Source of the DNA: an uncultured Conexibacteraceae bacterium | GTDB taxonomy: Bacteria; Actinomycetota; Thermoleophilia; Solirubrobacterales; 70-9 | Direction: 5' to 3' | DNA: 54,243 nt | NCBI GenBank assembly: GCA_964533285.1 | Contig: CAZHLT010000277.1 | Span: 1 to 54,243 of the forward strand | Shown here: one piece after another, positions 44,445 to 52,509 of the stretch | Numbering within the stretch: the first letter of the stretch is position 1 | Layout: the number at the start of each line of letters is the position of its first letter | The notes under the pieces: generated by a model | Database searches by the model: none | The model's input: only the letters and a program-made list of their open reading frames with translations | What the model was told of the DNA's origin: nothing | Made by a program: the position numbers and the translations under genes

Positions 44445-45197
44445 TCATCCGAAGGCAGCTTCCACGGGAGCCGGATCCGGCCAGCCCAAGGTGGCGCCGG
44501 AAATGAACAGGGTAAAGCCGAGCAGAACCGAGCCGAGGCCAAAAGGTCCGTGCATCTCGGGGTCGCGCTGTTCGAGCTGGACGCGGCGACGGCCTGAGGG
44601 CAGCTCGACCGTGACGGTGTTCAGGCCCATCAGGCTGGCGTGCGCGATGGCGCTGTGGCGTCGGTAGGCGACGGCGTAGAGCCCGCGATAGGAGCGCGTG
44701 CTACTGGAATCCTCGAGCGCGGGTATGCGGCCGACCCAATGGCGATCGGCGGCCTCGGCCCTCTGGAGGAGGTCGGGCATCTCCTTCGGCAGCTCGGCCG
44801 CCTGCCGCTCGAAGCCCGCCCGCTGATGCTCGTCGAGGAGTTGCACGCCGACCCTGCGGGCATCGTCGTCCATCGACAGCCGCGAGACCGCGTCGGACTT
44901 CAAGAACCGCCGATGGCGGTCCTCGCCCGGGTCCGCGGCGAGCCAGGCGAAAGTCACGGCGTGCTCGTAAAGAGTGCGCAGCAACACCAGCGGGTCGGCT
45001 TCGCCACCAAGCGGACGCAGGGAGAGCAGCGCGGTAAGGCTGCCGACCTGCCGGGAGACTAGAGCCGGTCCGGTGAGCTGCCAGGCATCCGCGGGCCCGG
45101 TCGGCAGCACCTCCAGCGGAAGATGGGGCTCGACCAGGCCGATCAGGGAGCGACCGCGGCGCTCTGCGAGATCGTCGCGGTCGCGATAGTCGGTCAT
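44445..45197 (-). CDS. Hypothetical 250-aa protein, partner of the TIR gene
   Basis: Good high-GC coding ORF starting 38 nt after the TIR gene stop. LRTLYEHAVTFAWLAADPGEDRHRRFLKSD...YRGLYAVAYRRHSAIAHAS. I recognise no family. Confidence 0.6.
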   Translation of the reverse strand: MTDYRDRDDLAERRGRSLIGLVEPHLPLEVLPTGPADAWQLTGPALVSRQVGSLTALLSLRPLGGEADPLVLLRTLYEHAVTFAWLAADPGEDRHRRFLKSDAVSRLSMDDDARRVGVQLLDEHQRAGFERQAAELPKEMPDLLQRAEAADRHWVGRIPALEDSSSTRSYRGLYAVAYRRHSAIAHASLMGLNTVTVELPSGRRRVQLEQRDPEMHGPFGLGSVLLGFTLFISGATLGWPDPAPVEAAFG

Positions 45198-45235
45198 GGC
45201 GGAGACGGTAGAGCGCGTCGGGGCGCTAAGAAAAC

Positions 45236-46192
45236 TCAGCGGCGGGTGCCCTGTGGCTCACCGAGCTTCTCGGCCAGGAGGTCGACGAGAGTGGCGGGCG
45301 CGAACTCGGCGAGGTCGATGTATCCGATCGTCGGCCCCAAGCCCGGTAGCTCGGTGTCATCGAAGCGCGCCGGGAGGACGTACTCGTCCTCCTCCAGCGC
45401 GCGAGAGAGGGCGCTGCGGCGCTCGTGCTTCGTCCAGGGTTTCTCTGCGTACTCCTTGGAGATGAACATGACGCAGGCGCGCGAGGCAACGCGATAGACG
45501 TGTTCGAAATGCTCGGCGAGGTTCTTGCCCCATAGGTCTGCCTGCTCATCGGCGTCGTAGAAGACCGCGTAGTGACGCTCCTTGAGGCCACGAGCGACCA
45601 GCTCGACGTAGGAGCGCTGCTCGCCGGCAAAGGAAAGGCAGACGTCGAAAACCGGCCCTTCGGGCCGATCGTCGGGAGCCACCGAACTTCCGCGAGGTGA
45701 GATCGGCTGGCCGGAGAGAGTTAGTGGTGCCCCGCGGAAGGGCACAACATGATGGGGCTCGAAACCTGGAGTGGTCTGGGTCTGGCGACGGCGACGCTCG
45801 ATCTCCGCCAAGTCCCGCTTTTCGCGATCGAGCGCCTGCTTGCGCTTCGCCTCGTCGCGACGGTCCTCGGTGGCCTGCGCGCGCTGTTGCGAGGCGCGCG
45901 CCCGTTGCAGCTGGTCACCCTTTTTCGCTGCCTGGTCGTCAAAGCCCGCTGCCTTCACGTCGTGCTTGGCCGCACGCTCTTCGTGGCGGGCGGCGTCCTT
46001 TTCCTTGCCGAGTCGCTGGCTATCGCTCGTGTGGCGACTGATTCCGCTCAGCTTGCTGGTCGCGGCCTGCCGTTCTTTCGCAGCCCGTGATCGCTCTTCG
46101 CCGGCTTTCTTCTGCAAGCTGGCGATCTCCTTCTCAAGCCGGGCAACGCTGTTCGCGTACATGGATACCGACATCGTTCCCAAGCTATCCAT
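45236..46192 (-). CDS. Coiled-coil protein with C-terminal TIR domain
   Basis: ATG 46192 (alternative 46174). N-terminal ~190 aa is rich in K/E/R/A/Q (LEKEIASLQKKAGEERSRAAKERQAA..). TIR region VFDVCLSFAGEQRSYVELVARGLKERHYAVFYDADEQADLWGKNL...VMFISKEYAEKPWTKHERRSAL. Confidence 0.8.
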   Translation of the reverse strand: MDSLGTMSVSMYANSVARLEKEIASLQKKAGEERSRAAKERQAATSKLSGISRHTSDSQRLGKEKDAARHEERAAKHDVKAAGFDDQAAKKGDQLQRARASQQRAQATEDRRDEAKRKQALDREKRDLAEIERRRRQTQTTPGFEPHHVVPFRGAPLTLSGQPISPRGSSVAPDDRPEGPVFDVCLSFAGEQRSYVELVARGLKERHYAVFYDADEQADLWGKNLAEHFEHVYRVASRACVMFISKEYAEKPWTKHERRSALSRALEEDEYVLPARFDDTELPGLGPTIGYIDLAEFAPATLVDLLAEKLGEPQGTRR

Positions 46193-46289
46193 AGGAGCGG
46201 CGGATAGCCGGGAGCCGCCTTGAGCCAACCTCAGTTGGCACACCCAGCTTTTCTCAAAAAGGAGACGACGGAGGGAGCGGCTGCGATCT

Positions 46290-46673
46290 TCAGCTCGAAG
46301 AGGCGACGAGGACCGAAACCTCGTCGTGAGCGATGGCTCCGTGTTTCTGCGCACGGGCAGTGACCAGCAAGGGCTTGCGACTGACCGGGGCGACGTCGAG
46401 CACGAACTCGATCCCGAGTCGCCGCGCGGCGTTGATGATCGTGTCGATCTCCGGGTTGTGCTCCCCGGACTCGAGCTTCACGACGCGCGGCTGAGATACC
46501 CCCAGCTGCTTGGCCAGCTCCCGCTGGTTCAGCTTGTGCTCGGCTCGGTAGCGCAGAAGGGTTGCGGCGAACTCGCGGGCCGGGGCCAGCCGCTGCCACT
46601 CGGCGCGGAAGCTGGGGTCGGCGATCTGCTCCTCTGCGACGAGCTCGCCGAAAGTCTTGGTCTGATCTGCCAT
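46290..46673 (-). CDS. XRE-family HTH protein (HigA-like antitoxin/regulator)
   Basis: ATG 46673 after GAGAGGAGGAC. LNQRELAKQLGVSQPRVVKLESGEHNPEIDTIINAARRLG. Confidence 0.8.
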   Translation of the reverse strand: MADQTKTFGELVAEEQIADPSFRAEWQRLAPAREFAATLLRYRAEHKLNQRELAKQLGVSQPRVVKLESGEHNPEIDTIINAARRLGIEFVLDVAPVSRKPLLVTARAQKHGAIAHDEVSVLVASSS

Positions 46674-46723
46674 CGAAGTCCTCCTCTCGCTCGCCAGCAT
46701 GATAACAAACCTATTATCAGAGG

Positions 46724-47056
46724 TCAACGACGCCGGTCGAGCCGCAAACGCGCTTCGGCGACGGCGCGATCGAAGCCTCTCTTGCTCGGCGCGATGGCCA
46801 GGATGACGAAGCGGCTACCAGCGCGCGCGTAGATCGGGCGCACGGCGCTGGCGCCCTGTTTGGGGCGCAGCTCGAAGAGATCCGTCTCCCCCTTCAGCGA
46901 CTTCATATGCGGGGTCGGCAGATCCGGCCCCAGCTCCTTCAGCTTGTGGACTACGTTGAAGACCGCCTTGCGCTCGCTCTTGGATTTGACCTCCTCGAAA
47001 TCGAGCACGGCGTCGGCGTCGAAGTCGATCAGCCAGGATTTCGGCGTCGGCGCCAT
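46724..47056 (-). CDS. RelE/HigB-like toxin (phage Gp49-like)
   Basis: ATG 47056. FEEVKSKSERKAVFNVVHKLKELGPDLPTPHMKSLKGETDLFELRPKQGASAVRPIYARAGSRFVILAI. Toxin-first order as in HigBA. Confidence 0.7.
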   Translation of the reverse strand: MAPTPKSWLIDFDADAVLDFEEVKSKSERKAVFNVVHKLKELGPDLPTPHMKSLKGETDLFELRPKQGASAVRPIYARAGSRFVILAIAPSKRGFDRAVAEARLRLDRRR

Positions 47057-47088
47057 CGACCCGACTCTAATCTCACTTGCAAACCAAG

Positions 47089-48300
47089 CTAGGGAGCGGA
47101 TGAATCGTCGGGCTCCGTATCGGCACCTTGGTCGAAGGCGGTTGCATCGCCCGTCTCCTCCTCGTCCTCGGGCGGGGCGAAGGCGCGCTCGACCATTTCC
47201 TTCTCCTGCGAGCTGGGTGCATAGTCGGCGTAGATTTCGATCGTCGAGAGCTGAGCGTGGCCCATCCACTCCTGCAGGGTGCGCATCGGCACGCCGGCGG
47301 CCGCGCAGTGGGTGCCGAAGGTGTGGCGCAGGTCGTGGAAGCGGACCTCGCGCAAGGCGGCTGCCTTCAGCGCCTCCTTGTAGCGATCGCGCAGCGAGTT
47401 CGGCTCGAGCGGGGCGCCGGTATGGGGATGGGGGAAGACGAGATCCTCGTCGGCCGAGTAGGCCAAGCCGTCAAGGTGCTCGCGGAGGGCAGTCGCGACC
47501 CGATCGGCCATCGGAACTGACCGCGAGCCGCGCTTGGACTTCGGCGTGCCGAAGGCCTGGCGGGTGAAGTTCCGCCTCACCCTGATCCGCGCGGCGCCGA
47601 AGTCGACGTCGGAGCGGCGCAGAGCGATCAGCTCGCCCTGGCGCAGTCCGGTCATTGCGGCGACCAGGTAGATGGTGCGGTCGGTCGAGACGAAATCGCC
47701 GGCGGGGACGGCACCGAGCAGGGCCTCGACCTCGGCCAGCTCCAGGTAGCGGATGTCGGGGTCTGCCGTCCGGGCGCGGGGTCGCTCGACGGCGGGCACC
47801 GGGTTGAGCGCCACCCAGCCGCGCTTCAGCGCGAAGGCGAAGAAGCCGTGGAGGAAGACGAGCTGGTTGCTGGTCGTCTTGATCGCCAGCCCGTCGCACT
47901 TCTTGGCGGCGACGAAGGCGGCGATGCGGTCGGTGTCGACCTTCTCGATCGGGCGGTCGCCGAAGAACCTCTTGATGTGGGCGCGGAGCATCGAGCGGTA
48001 GTCGGCGATCGTCGACGGCTTGCGTTCGATCACCGTCTCGAGGTGGGTGACGTAGCGATCACCGACCTCGCCGACGCTCATCCCCGACCGGACGACGGCG
48101 CTCTCGGACTCGATCCGCCGCTGCATCTCGCGCTCTGCCTGGGCCGCGGTGAGGCCCTCGCGGCTGCCGGCCTTGCGCTTGGGACCGATCTTGCGGTTGA
48201 CCCGGCGCCCGCCGACATACCAGCTGCCGTACCAGGCCTCGACGCCGGCCGCGTCGACACGGACGTAGAGGCGTCCCGATCCATAGGAGCGCCGCGCCAT
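47089..48300 (-). CDS. int: Tyrosine-type site-specific integrase
   Basis: 403 aa. ..AMTGLRQGELIALRRSDVDF...SKRGSRSVPM...RFHDLRHTFGTHCAAAGVPMRTLQEWMGHAQLSTIEIYADY carries the R..HxxR..Y catalytic pattern. Confidence 0.9.
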   Translation of the reverse strand: MARRSYGSGRLYVRVDAAGVEAWYGSWYVGGRRVNRKIGPKRKAGSREGLTAAQAEREMQRRIESESAVVRSGMSVGEVGDRYVTHLETVIERKPSTIADYRSMLRAHIKRFFGDRPIEKVDTDRIAAFVAAKKCDGLAIKTTSNQLVFLHGFFAFALKRGWVALNPVPAVERPRARTADPDIRYLELAEVEALLGAVPAGDFVSTDRTIYLVAAMTGLRQGELIALRRSDVDFGAARIRVRRNFTRQAFGTPKSKRGSRSVPMADRVATALREHLDGLAYSADEDLVFPHPHTGAPLEPNSLRDRYKEALKAAALREVRFHDLRHTFGTHCAAAGVPMRTLQEWMGHAQLSTIEIYADYAPSSQEKEMVERAFAPPEDEEETGDATAFDQGADTEPDDSSAP

Positions 48301-48538
48301 CAGAGCCGGACCTCCTCGGCTTCGAGCTGCTCGACCCAGGCCTCGATCGCCTCGACGCGGTAGCGCCGGTAGCGCCCGAGGGTGCGGTGGGGATGCGGCC
48401 GGCCCGCGACTGCTTGTAGACCCAGCTCTTGGGGACGCCGAGCATCTGCGCGACCTGCTCGGCCGTGAGGAGAGAGCCGGACCGGCGGGGACGCGCCGGG
48501 TTCTCTCCTCCCTGCTCTGCTGCGGCGATCATGCTCAT
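48300..48538 (-). CDS. xis: Excisionase-type helix-turn-helix protein (Xis-like), apparent -1 frameshift
   Basis: ATG 48538 after AAGGAGGAG. ..LLTAEQVAQMLGVPKSWVYKQSRAGRIPTAP, then the expected LGRYRRYRVEAIEAWVEQLEAEEVRL* (its TGA overlaps the int ATG) is in the next frame. The span is 239 nt (3n-1). The shift sits at the plus-strand GGG run 48380-48382. Confidence 0.65.
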
Positions 48539-48727
48539 CGTCTCCTCCTTACGGCTGGCTTCGATGCCGACCGATAGGCGCCGGACGGCGCGAGCGGAAC
48601 CCGAGCCGGAGGCGAGGGCCGGCGCCAGCCGGAGCCCCGGCGAAGCCGGGGCGTGCAGCGAGCGACGCCGGTGCCACGATTGGACGGCTCGGAGCCAGCA
48701 CGGTGAGCGCACGAGGGGAAGACATGG

Positions 48728-48952
48728 CTAGCCCTCCCCCACGCCGATGCGCGGCGGCGTGACAGCGACGATCTCTGCCGCCTGCCGGGCGGTGGGGCGG
48801 ATCACGACCGCCTGGCCGGTGCGGAGGCGCTTGAACTGATCGGGCTGGATGATGAAGTCGCGCTGGCGGGCCTTGCCGCTGGTGACGAGATGAGTCGAGA
48901 AGCGCTCGCGGTCGAGGTGGAACTCCTGGGGGCAGAGAAGGACGAGTGACAT
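48728..48952 (-). CDS. Hypothetical small protein (74 aa)
   Basis: ORF with reasonable codon bias (MSLVLLCPQEFHLDRERFSTHLVTSGKARQRDFIIQPDQFKRL..). It may be a fragment of a larger gene. No motif recognised. Confidence 0.35.
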   Translation of the reverse strand: MSLVLLCPQEFHLDRERFSTHLVTSGKARQRDFIIQPDQFKRLRTGQAVVIRPTARQAAEIVAVTPPRIGVGEG

Positions 48953-49120
48953 GGAGACCTCCGGGTTCGGGGCCGGGCCGGATGCCGGGCCGAGCGGCGC
49001 CCGAGCGCACGGCGAAGCCGTGCCAGGATCGGCGCCGGGCGGCGCGGCGGAGGCCGGCCGGAGTGATGCTCGCTCAGGTTGGGACAGCGGGGCTCGGCCG
49101 GCTGGGCGCCCTGGGGCCGA

Positions 49121-49561
49121 TCAGGCTCCTGGCAGCCTGACTGCCTGGAAGGCCAGCACCTCGGCGAGCTTGTCGAAGTGCGCGTCGTGATGAAGGGCAG
49201 CTATGCCGCCGTGCTCGGCGGCGGCAGCGGCGATCAGGGCGTCGGTGATCGGCACGCGGTGGTAGCCGTCGCTGCGTTCGGCAAGCTCGCCCAGGGCCCT
49301 CATCGCGGCGTCGGCGACGGCGCGATCGTTGCGAAGGATGCGCAGCGCGTCGAGCTCGTGCTCGAGGGCGACGTACTCGGCGGAGCTTCGAGCCGAGTAG
49401 AGAACCTCCATGCGCACGATCGGGGTGATCCAGAAGCGATCGGCGAGGATCGCGTCGTCGAGCAGCTTGCCGAGCTGGTCGGGGAGGGCGGCGATCCGCC
49501 ACCACGCCGAGGTATCGGCGACGAACGGGGCATCGCCGCTCAGCAGCTCGGCGGCGTTCAT
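49121..49561 (-). CDS. vapC: PIN-domain toxin VapC
   Basis: 146 aa. FVADTSAWWRI...RMEVLYSARS...ITDALIAAAAAEHGGIAALHHDAHFDKL. Confidence 0.8.
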   Translation of the reverse strand: MNAAELLSGDAPFVADTSAWWRIAALPDQLGKLLDDAILADRFWITPIVRMEVLYSARSSAEYVALEHELDALRILRNDRAVADAAMRALGELAERSDGYHRVPITDALIAAAAAEHGGIAALHHDAHFDKLAEVLAFQAVRLPGA

Positions 49562-49566
49562 CGGGC

Positions 49567-49737
49567 CTACTGGCGCTCGTCGCCGGTGAGCTTCTCGATC
49601 TTCTCGAGCGTGTCGCGGTCCAGGCCGTCGGGGCTGTGGAGTCGCGCCGCGAGCGAGCGCAGCCGCTCGGCGCGCTGCGCCTCGCTCAGCGCCGGCTTCT
49701 CCGCGGTCGGGGTGGTGCTCAGAAGGGAATGGCTCAC
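49567..49737 (-). CDS. Putative short antitoxin upstream of vapC (56 aa)
   Basis: Not in the ORF track. My translation from GTG 49737 is VSHSLLSTTPTAEKPALSEAQRAERLRSLAARLHSPDGLDRDTLEKIEKLTGDERQ*. It ends 5 nt before vapC. The start is uncertain because the frame stays open upstream. Confidence 0.4.
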   Translation of the reverse strand: MSHSLLSTTPTAEKPALSEAQRAERLRSLAARLHSPDGLDRDTLEKIEKLTGDERQ

Positions 49738-49796
49738 GCCGCTGAGGATAGCGCGCGCTCGGGCAGGCGAAGCGGGGGTGAGCTCATCTGCCGCGT

Positions 49797-50078
49797 CTAC
49801 TTCCAGGTGGCTCCCGAGCCGTAGCCGCCCACGTCGTCCGCGCGGACGGCGGCTGCGTCGCCGCGCCCCTCGGCCATGTCGCGCTGGACGGCACGGCGCT
49901 CGCGCCGACGATCGGCGGCCGGGGTGCGTTTCGCCTTCTTGAGGCGCTCGATCTCCCGGCTCGCCTCGGCCGAGGTCTGCGGGTAGGCGAAGGACTGCCC
50001 GCGGCTGACCGCGAGGTCGCGCAGGTAGCGGAGCTGCTTGGGCGTGGGCGGCTTGGAATGTGGCTGTGGATCGCTCAT
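49797..50078 (-). CDS. Small conserved hypothetical protein (DUF3072-like KQLRYLRxLA motif)
   Basis: Internal ATG 50078. MSDPQPHSKPPTPKQLRYLRDLAVSRGQSFAYPQTSAEASREIERLKK. Confidence 0.5.
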   Translation of the reverse strand: MSDPQPHSKPPTPKQLRYLRDLAVSRGQSFAYPQTSAEASREIERLKKAKRTPAADRRRERRAVQRDMAEGRGDAAAVRADDVGGYGSGATWK

Positions 50079-50209
50079 GGCCCGGGCGCCAGCGGGCCGG
50101 GGGAGCCCGCGCAGCGGGCGGAGGAGGTCTGCTACCCGTGCCAGGGCCGGGAGCGATCCACCGCCCGCGGCGGAGGGGACCCGCAGGAGGCAGGCCCCCT
50201 CCCCCACGC

Positions 50210-51718
50210 CTACTTCCCGGCCTGGCGCCGGCGCGGCTTCACCGCCTTCAGCTCGGAGGCGAGGAGCTTCCTCACCTGCGCCTCGGCGCCGGTCCCCCAG
50301 CCGATCCGCTTGGAGCGGGGCAGCTCGGACTGGTCGGCGAGCAGGCCGGCGATCACCGCGTCGATCAGGATCTCGACGCCCTCACCGACGTCGCGGGCCC
50401 GGTCGATGCTGTTGGTGAGGTATTCGAGGCACTGCTCGCGGTCGGCGTAGCTGACCTTCGAGCGCTTGGCGCCCGACTTCAGCTGCTTTACCTCGACCTC
50501 CTGCAGCTGGGAGAAGACGAGCCGCAGCCCGCGGGCGGGCAGCTCGGGGTTGTCGGCGAGCAGGATCGCCGCGAGCGCCTTGAGGCGGGCGAGGCCGTGC
50601 TCGCGGCGGGCCTGCTTGCCGCGGCGGGCGAGCAGGTTGCGGCCGAGGTCTTCGTTGAATTTCCTCGCCGCCGCCGCGCCCTTCTTGGCCTGCTCGCGCT
50701 CGGCCTTGCGGGCGTCTTTTGCCTCCTCGGGGCTGAGCTTCGCCTGGCCCGAGCGTTCGCGCCAGGCCGCCTCTTCCTCGGCTCGCTTCTTGGCTTCGGC
50801 CTCGATCCGCTCGACCGCGCGGCGGGCGACGTCGGCGGCCATCTCGGCGTCGGTGACGCAGGCGGCGACCGAGTAGAAGCCGCCCTGGTCGGTGCGGTGC
50901 TCGATCAGGCAGCCGGCCGCGCGCAGGGCGTCGGTCTCGGCTTCGCCGAACCGCACCCGAGGATCATCGGAGCGCATATAGCGGTCGGCGGCGTTGAGGC
51001 GGGCGGCCAGCTCGGCGCGCTCGCCCTCGTCGGCGATCAGCTCGCTGAGGCACGGCGAGCCGGCTTTGATCATCGTCGGCTTGTCCTCAAAGCGCCCCTC
51101 GGCGGTCAGCGCGAGCAGCTCGTCGAAGTGGCGGACGAAGTCGCCGGGGCGGGCCTTGTGGCGCTTGGCGGCGAGGCAGACGCACTCGGCGATCCGCGGT
51201 GAGACGGCGGCGACCTTGCGCAGCAGCGGCTCGGCGTCGACGGGGACCTCGCCGGCGGCGATCTGGCGCTGGCAGCCCTCGGGCAGGCTCAAGAGCCGCA
51301 GGTGGCGGCTGACCCAGGGGACCGACATGCTCGCCTCGGCGGCGATCTCCTTGTGGGTGGCGAGGCCGAGCTCCTCGGCCAGGGCCTTCAGGCCGCGGGC
51401 GCGGTCGATCGGGTCGAGCTCCTCCTGGTGGAAGTTCTCGACCAGGTTGATGAGGCGGGCCTTGGCGGCGTCGCCGAGCACCGCCGGCACCTTCTCGACG
51501 CCGGCGATCTGGGCCGCTTTCAGGCGCCGGTGACCGGCGATCAGCTCGTAGCGGCCGTCCTCGGTCGGCTTGACGACGAGCGGCTGGACGACGCCGACCT
51601 TGGCGTAGTTGGCGGCGAGGCGCTCGAGGGCGTCGGCGTCCATGTGGGTGCGGACGTTGAATCCCTCGGCGACGTCGATCTTCGCTACCTCGACTTCGGG
51701 AGTGGCTAGCTGCGTCAT
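50210..51718 (-). CDS. ParB/Spo0J-like N-terminal domain protein with long C-terminal extension (502 aa)
   Basis: VVQPLVVKPTEDGRYELIAGHRRLKAAQIAG and ENFHQEELDPIDRARGL form the ParB N-terminal box. HTH-like THKEIAAEASMSVPWVSRHLRLLSLP. Confidence 0.8.
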   Translation of the reverse strand: MTQLATPEVEVAKIDVAEGFNVRTHMDADALERLAANYAKVGVVQPLVVKPTEDGRYELIAGHRRLKAAQIAGVEKVPAVLGDAAKARLINLVENFHQEELDPIDRARGLKALAEELGLATHKEIAAEASMSVPWVSRHLRLLSLPEGCQRQIAAGEVPVDAEPLLRKVAAVSPRIAECVCLAAKRHKARPGDFVRHFDELLALTAEGRFEDKPTMIKAGSPCLSELIADEGERAELAARLNAADRYMRSDDPRVRFGEAETDALRAAGCLIEHRTDQGGFYSVAACVTDAEMAADVARRAVERIEAEAKKRAEEEAAWRERSGQAKLSPEEAKDARKAEREQAKKGAAAARKFNEDLGRNLLARRGKQARREHGLARLKALAAILLADNPELPARGLRLVFSQLQEVEVKQLKSGAKRSKVSYADREQCLEYLTNSIDRARDVGEGVEILIDAVIAGLLADQSELPRSKRIGWGTGAEAQVRKLLASELKAVKPRRRQAGK

Positions 51719-51812
51719 GGCAGAGCCTCCTTTACGGAGCAGGGCTCCCGCCCGATGCGGGAGCCGGTGCCCCCGCCCCGCACGCGACGCGTGCGACCCT
51801 GCGGGGGTCCGG

Positions 51813-52100
51813 CTACCCGAGGGCGGGCTGCGCCAGGGCGCGGGTGATCGCCTCGCGGCTCATCGGGCAGGCGCCGAGCTTCGCCGCCTGGCGACGGTAG
51901 TCGGCGACCAGCACCGCCAGCTCGGCCTTGCACTCGAAGCCGCGCTCGACGAAGTAGGGGCGGCCGGGGCCGCGCGGGTAGTCGTAGACGAAGACCTCGC
52001 CCTCGATCCGGCGGCCGACGAGGACGCGCTCGCCGTCCTCGGTGCGGTAGCGGCCGAGCTCGACGCTCCGGCCGGTCGGCGCTGCGGTCGTCGTGGACAT
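51813..52100 (-). CDS. Hypothetical small protein (95 aa)
   Basis: Clean ORF (..VELGRYRTEDGERVLVGRRIEGEVFVYDYPRGPGRPYFVERGFECKAELAVLVADYRRQAAKLG). Confidence 0.5.
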   Translation of the reverse strand: MSTTTAAPTGRSVELGRYRTEDGERVLVGRRIEGEVFVYDYPRGPGRPYFVERGFECKAELAVLVADYRRQAAKLGACPMSREAITRALAQPALG

Positions 52101-52242
52101 CGCTGCCTCCTTTGGCTCGCTGGCGGAACTCGCCGAGCCGTCAGGGCGAGCGGGCGGCGGCCCGGAACCCGAGCGCCAGCGAGGGCGCGTCAGCGAGGCC
52201 CGCGCAGCGGCGCCTTGCAGGGCCGCCGGGCGCTCGCCAGGC

Positions 52243-52497
52243 TCAAGGCGGGTTTCGACGGCGAGCGGAGAAAGAGGGCAGGGTGGTAGGCGGTGTCCGT
52301 GTGGCGACGGAGGATGCGGGGGTGTCCAATTGCTGGACGAGCGTGTGCGCGACAGCGTGCTGGGCGTAGTTCAGCAGGGCGCCGAACTGCACACCTTCGC
52401 GTGGGAGGCCGGCCTGTTCAAGCCAGGGAACGAGGGGCTGCTCGGTGGACGGGCGACTCGGGCACCATGCGGCAGCGCCGCGAAAGCGTTGCCGCAT
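52243..52497 (-). CDS. Possible small hypothetical protein (84 aa)
   Basis: The only ORF with acceptable third-position GC in the 410-nt gap 52101-52509 (..PWLEQAGLPREGVQFGALLNYAQHAVAHTLVQQL..). Weak support. Confidence 0.25.
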   Translation of the reverse strand: MRQRFRGAAAWCPSRPSTEQPLVPWLEQAGLPREGVQFGALLNYAQHAVAHTLVQQLDTPASSVATRTPPTTLPSFSARRRNPP

Positions 52498-52509
52498 GGG
52501 CGCCGCCGC

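Noticed and set aside
48059-48712. 217-aa minus ORF covering the xis region and the int 5' end.
   Set aside because: Only its middle part (MSMIAAAEQ..RAGRIP) is protein-like. The remainder is read-through into the integrase gene in the wrong frame, caused by the apparent 1-nt contraction.
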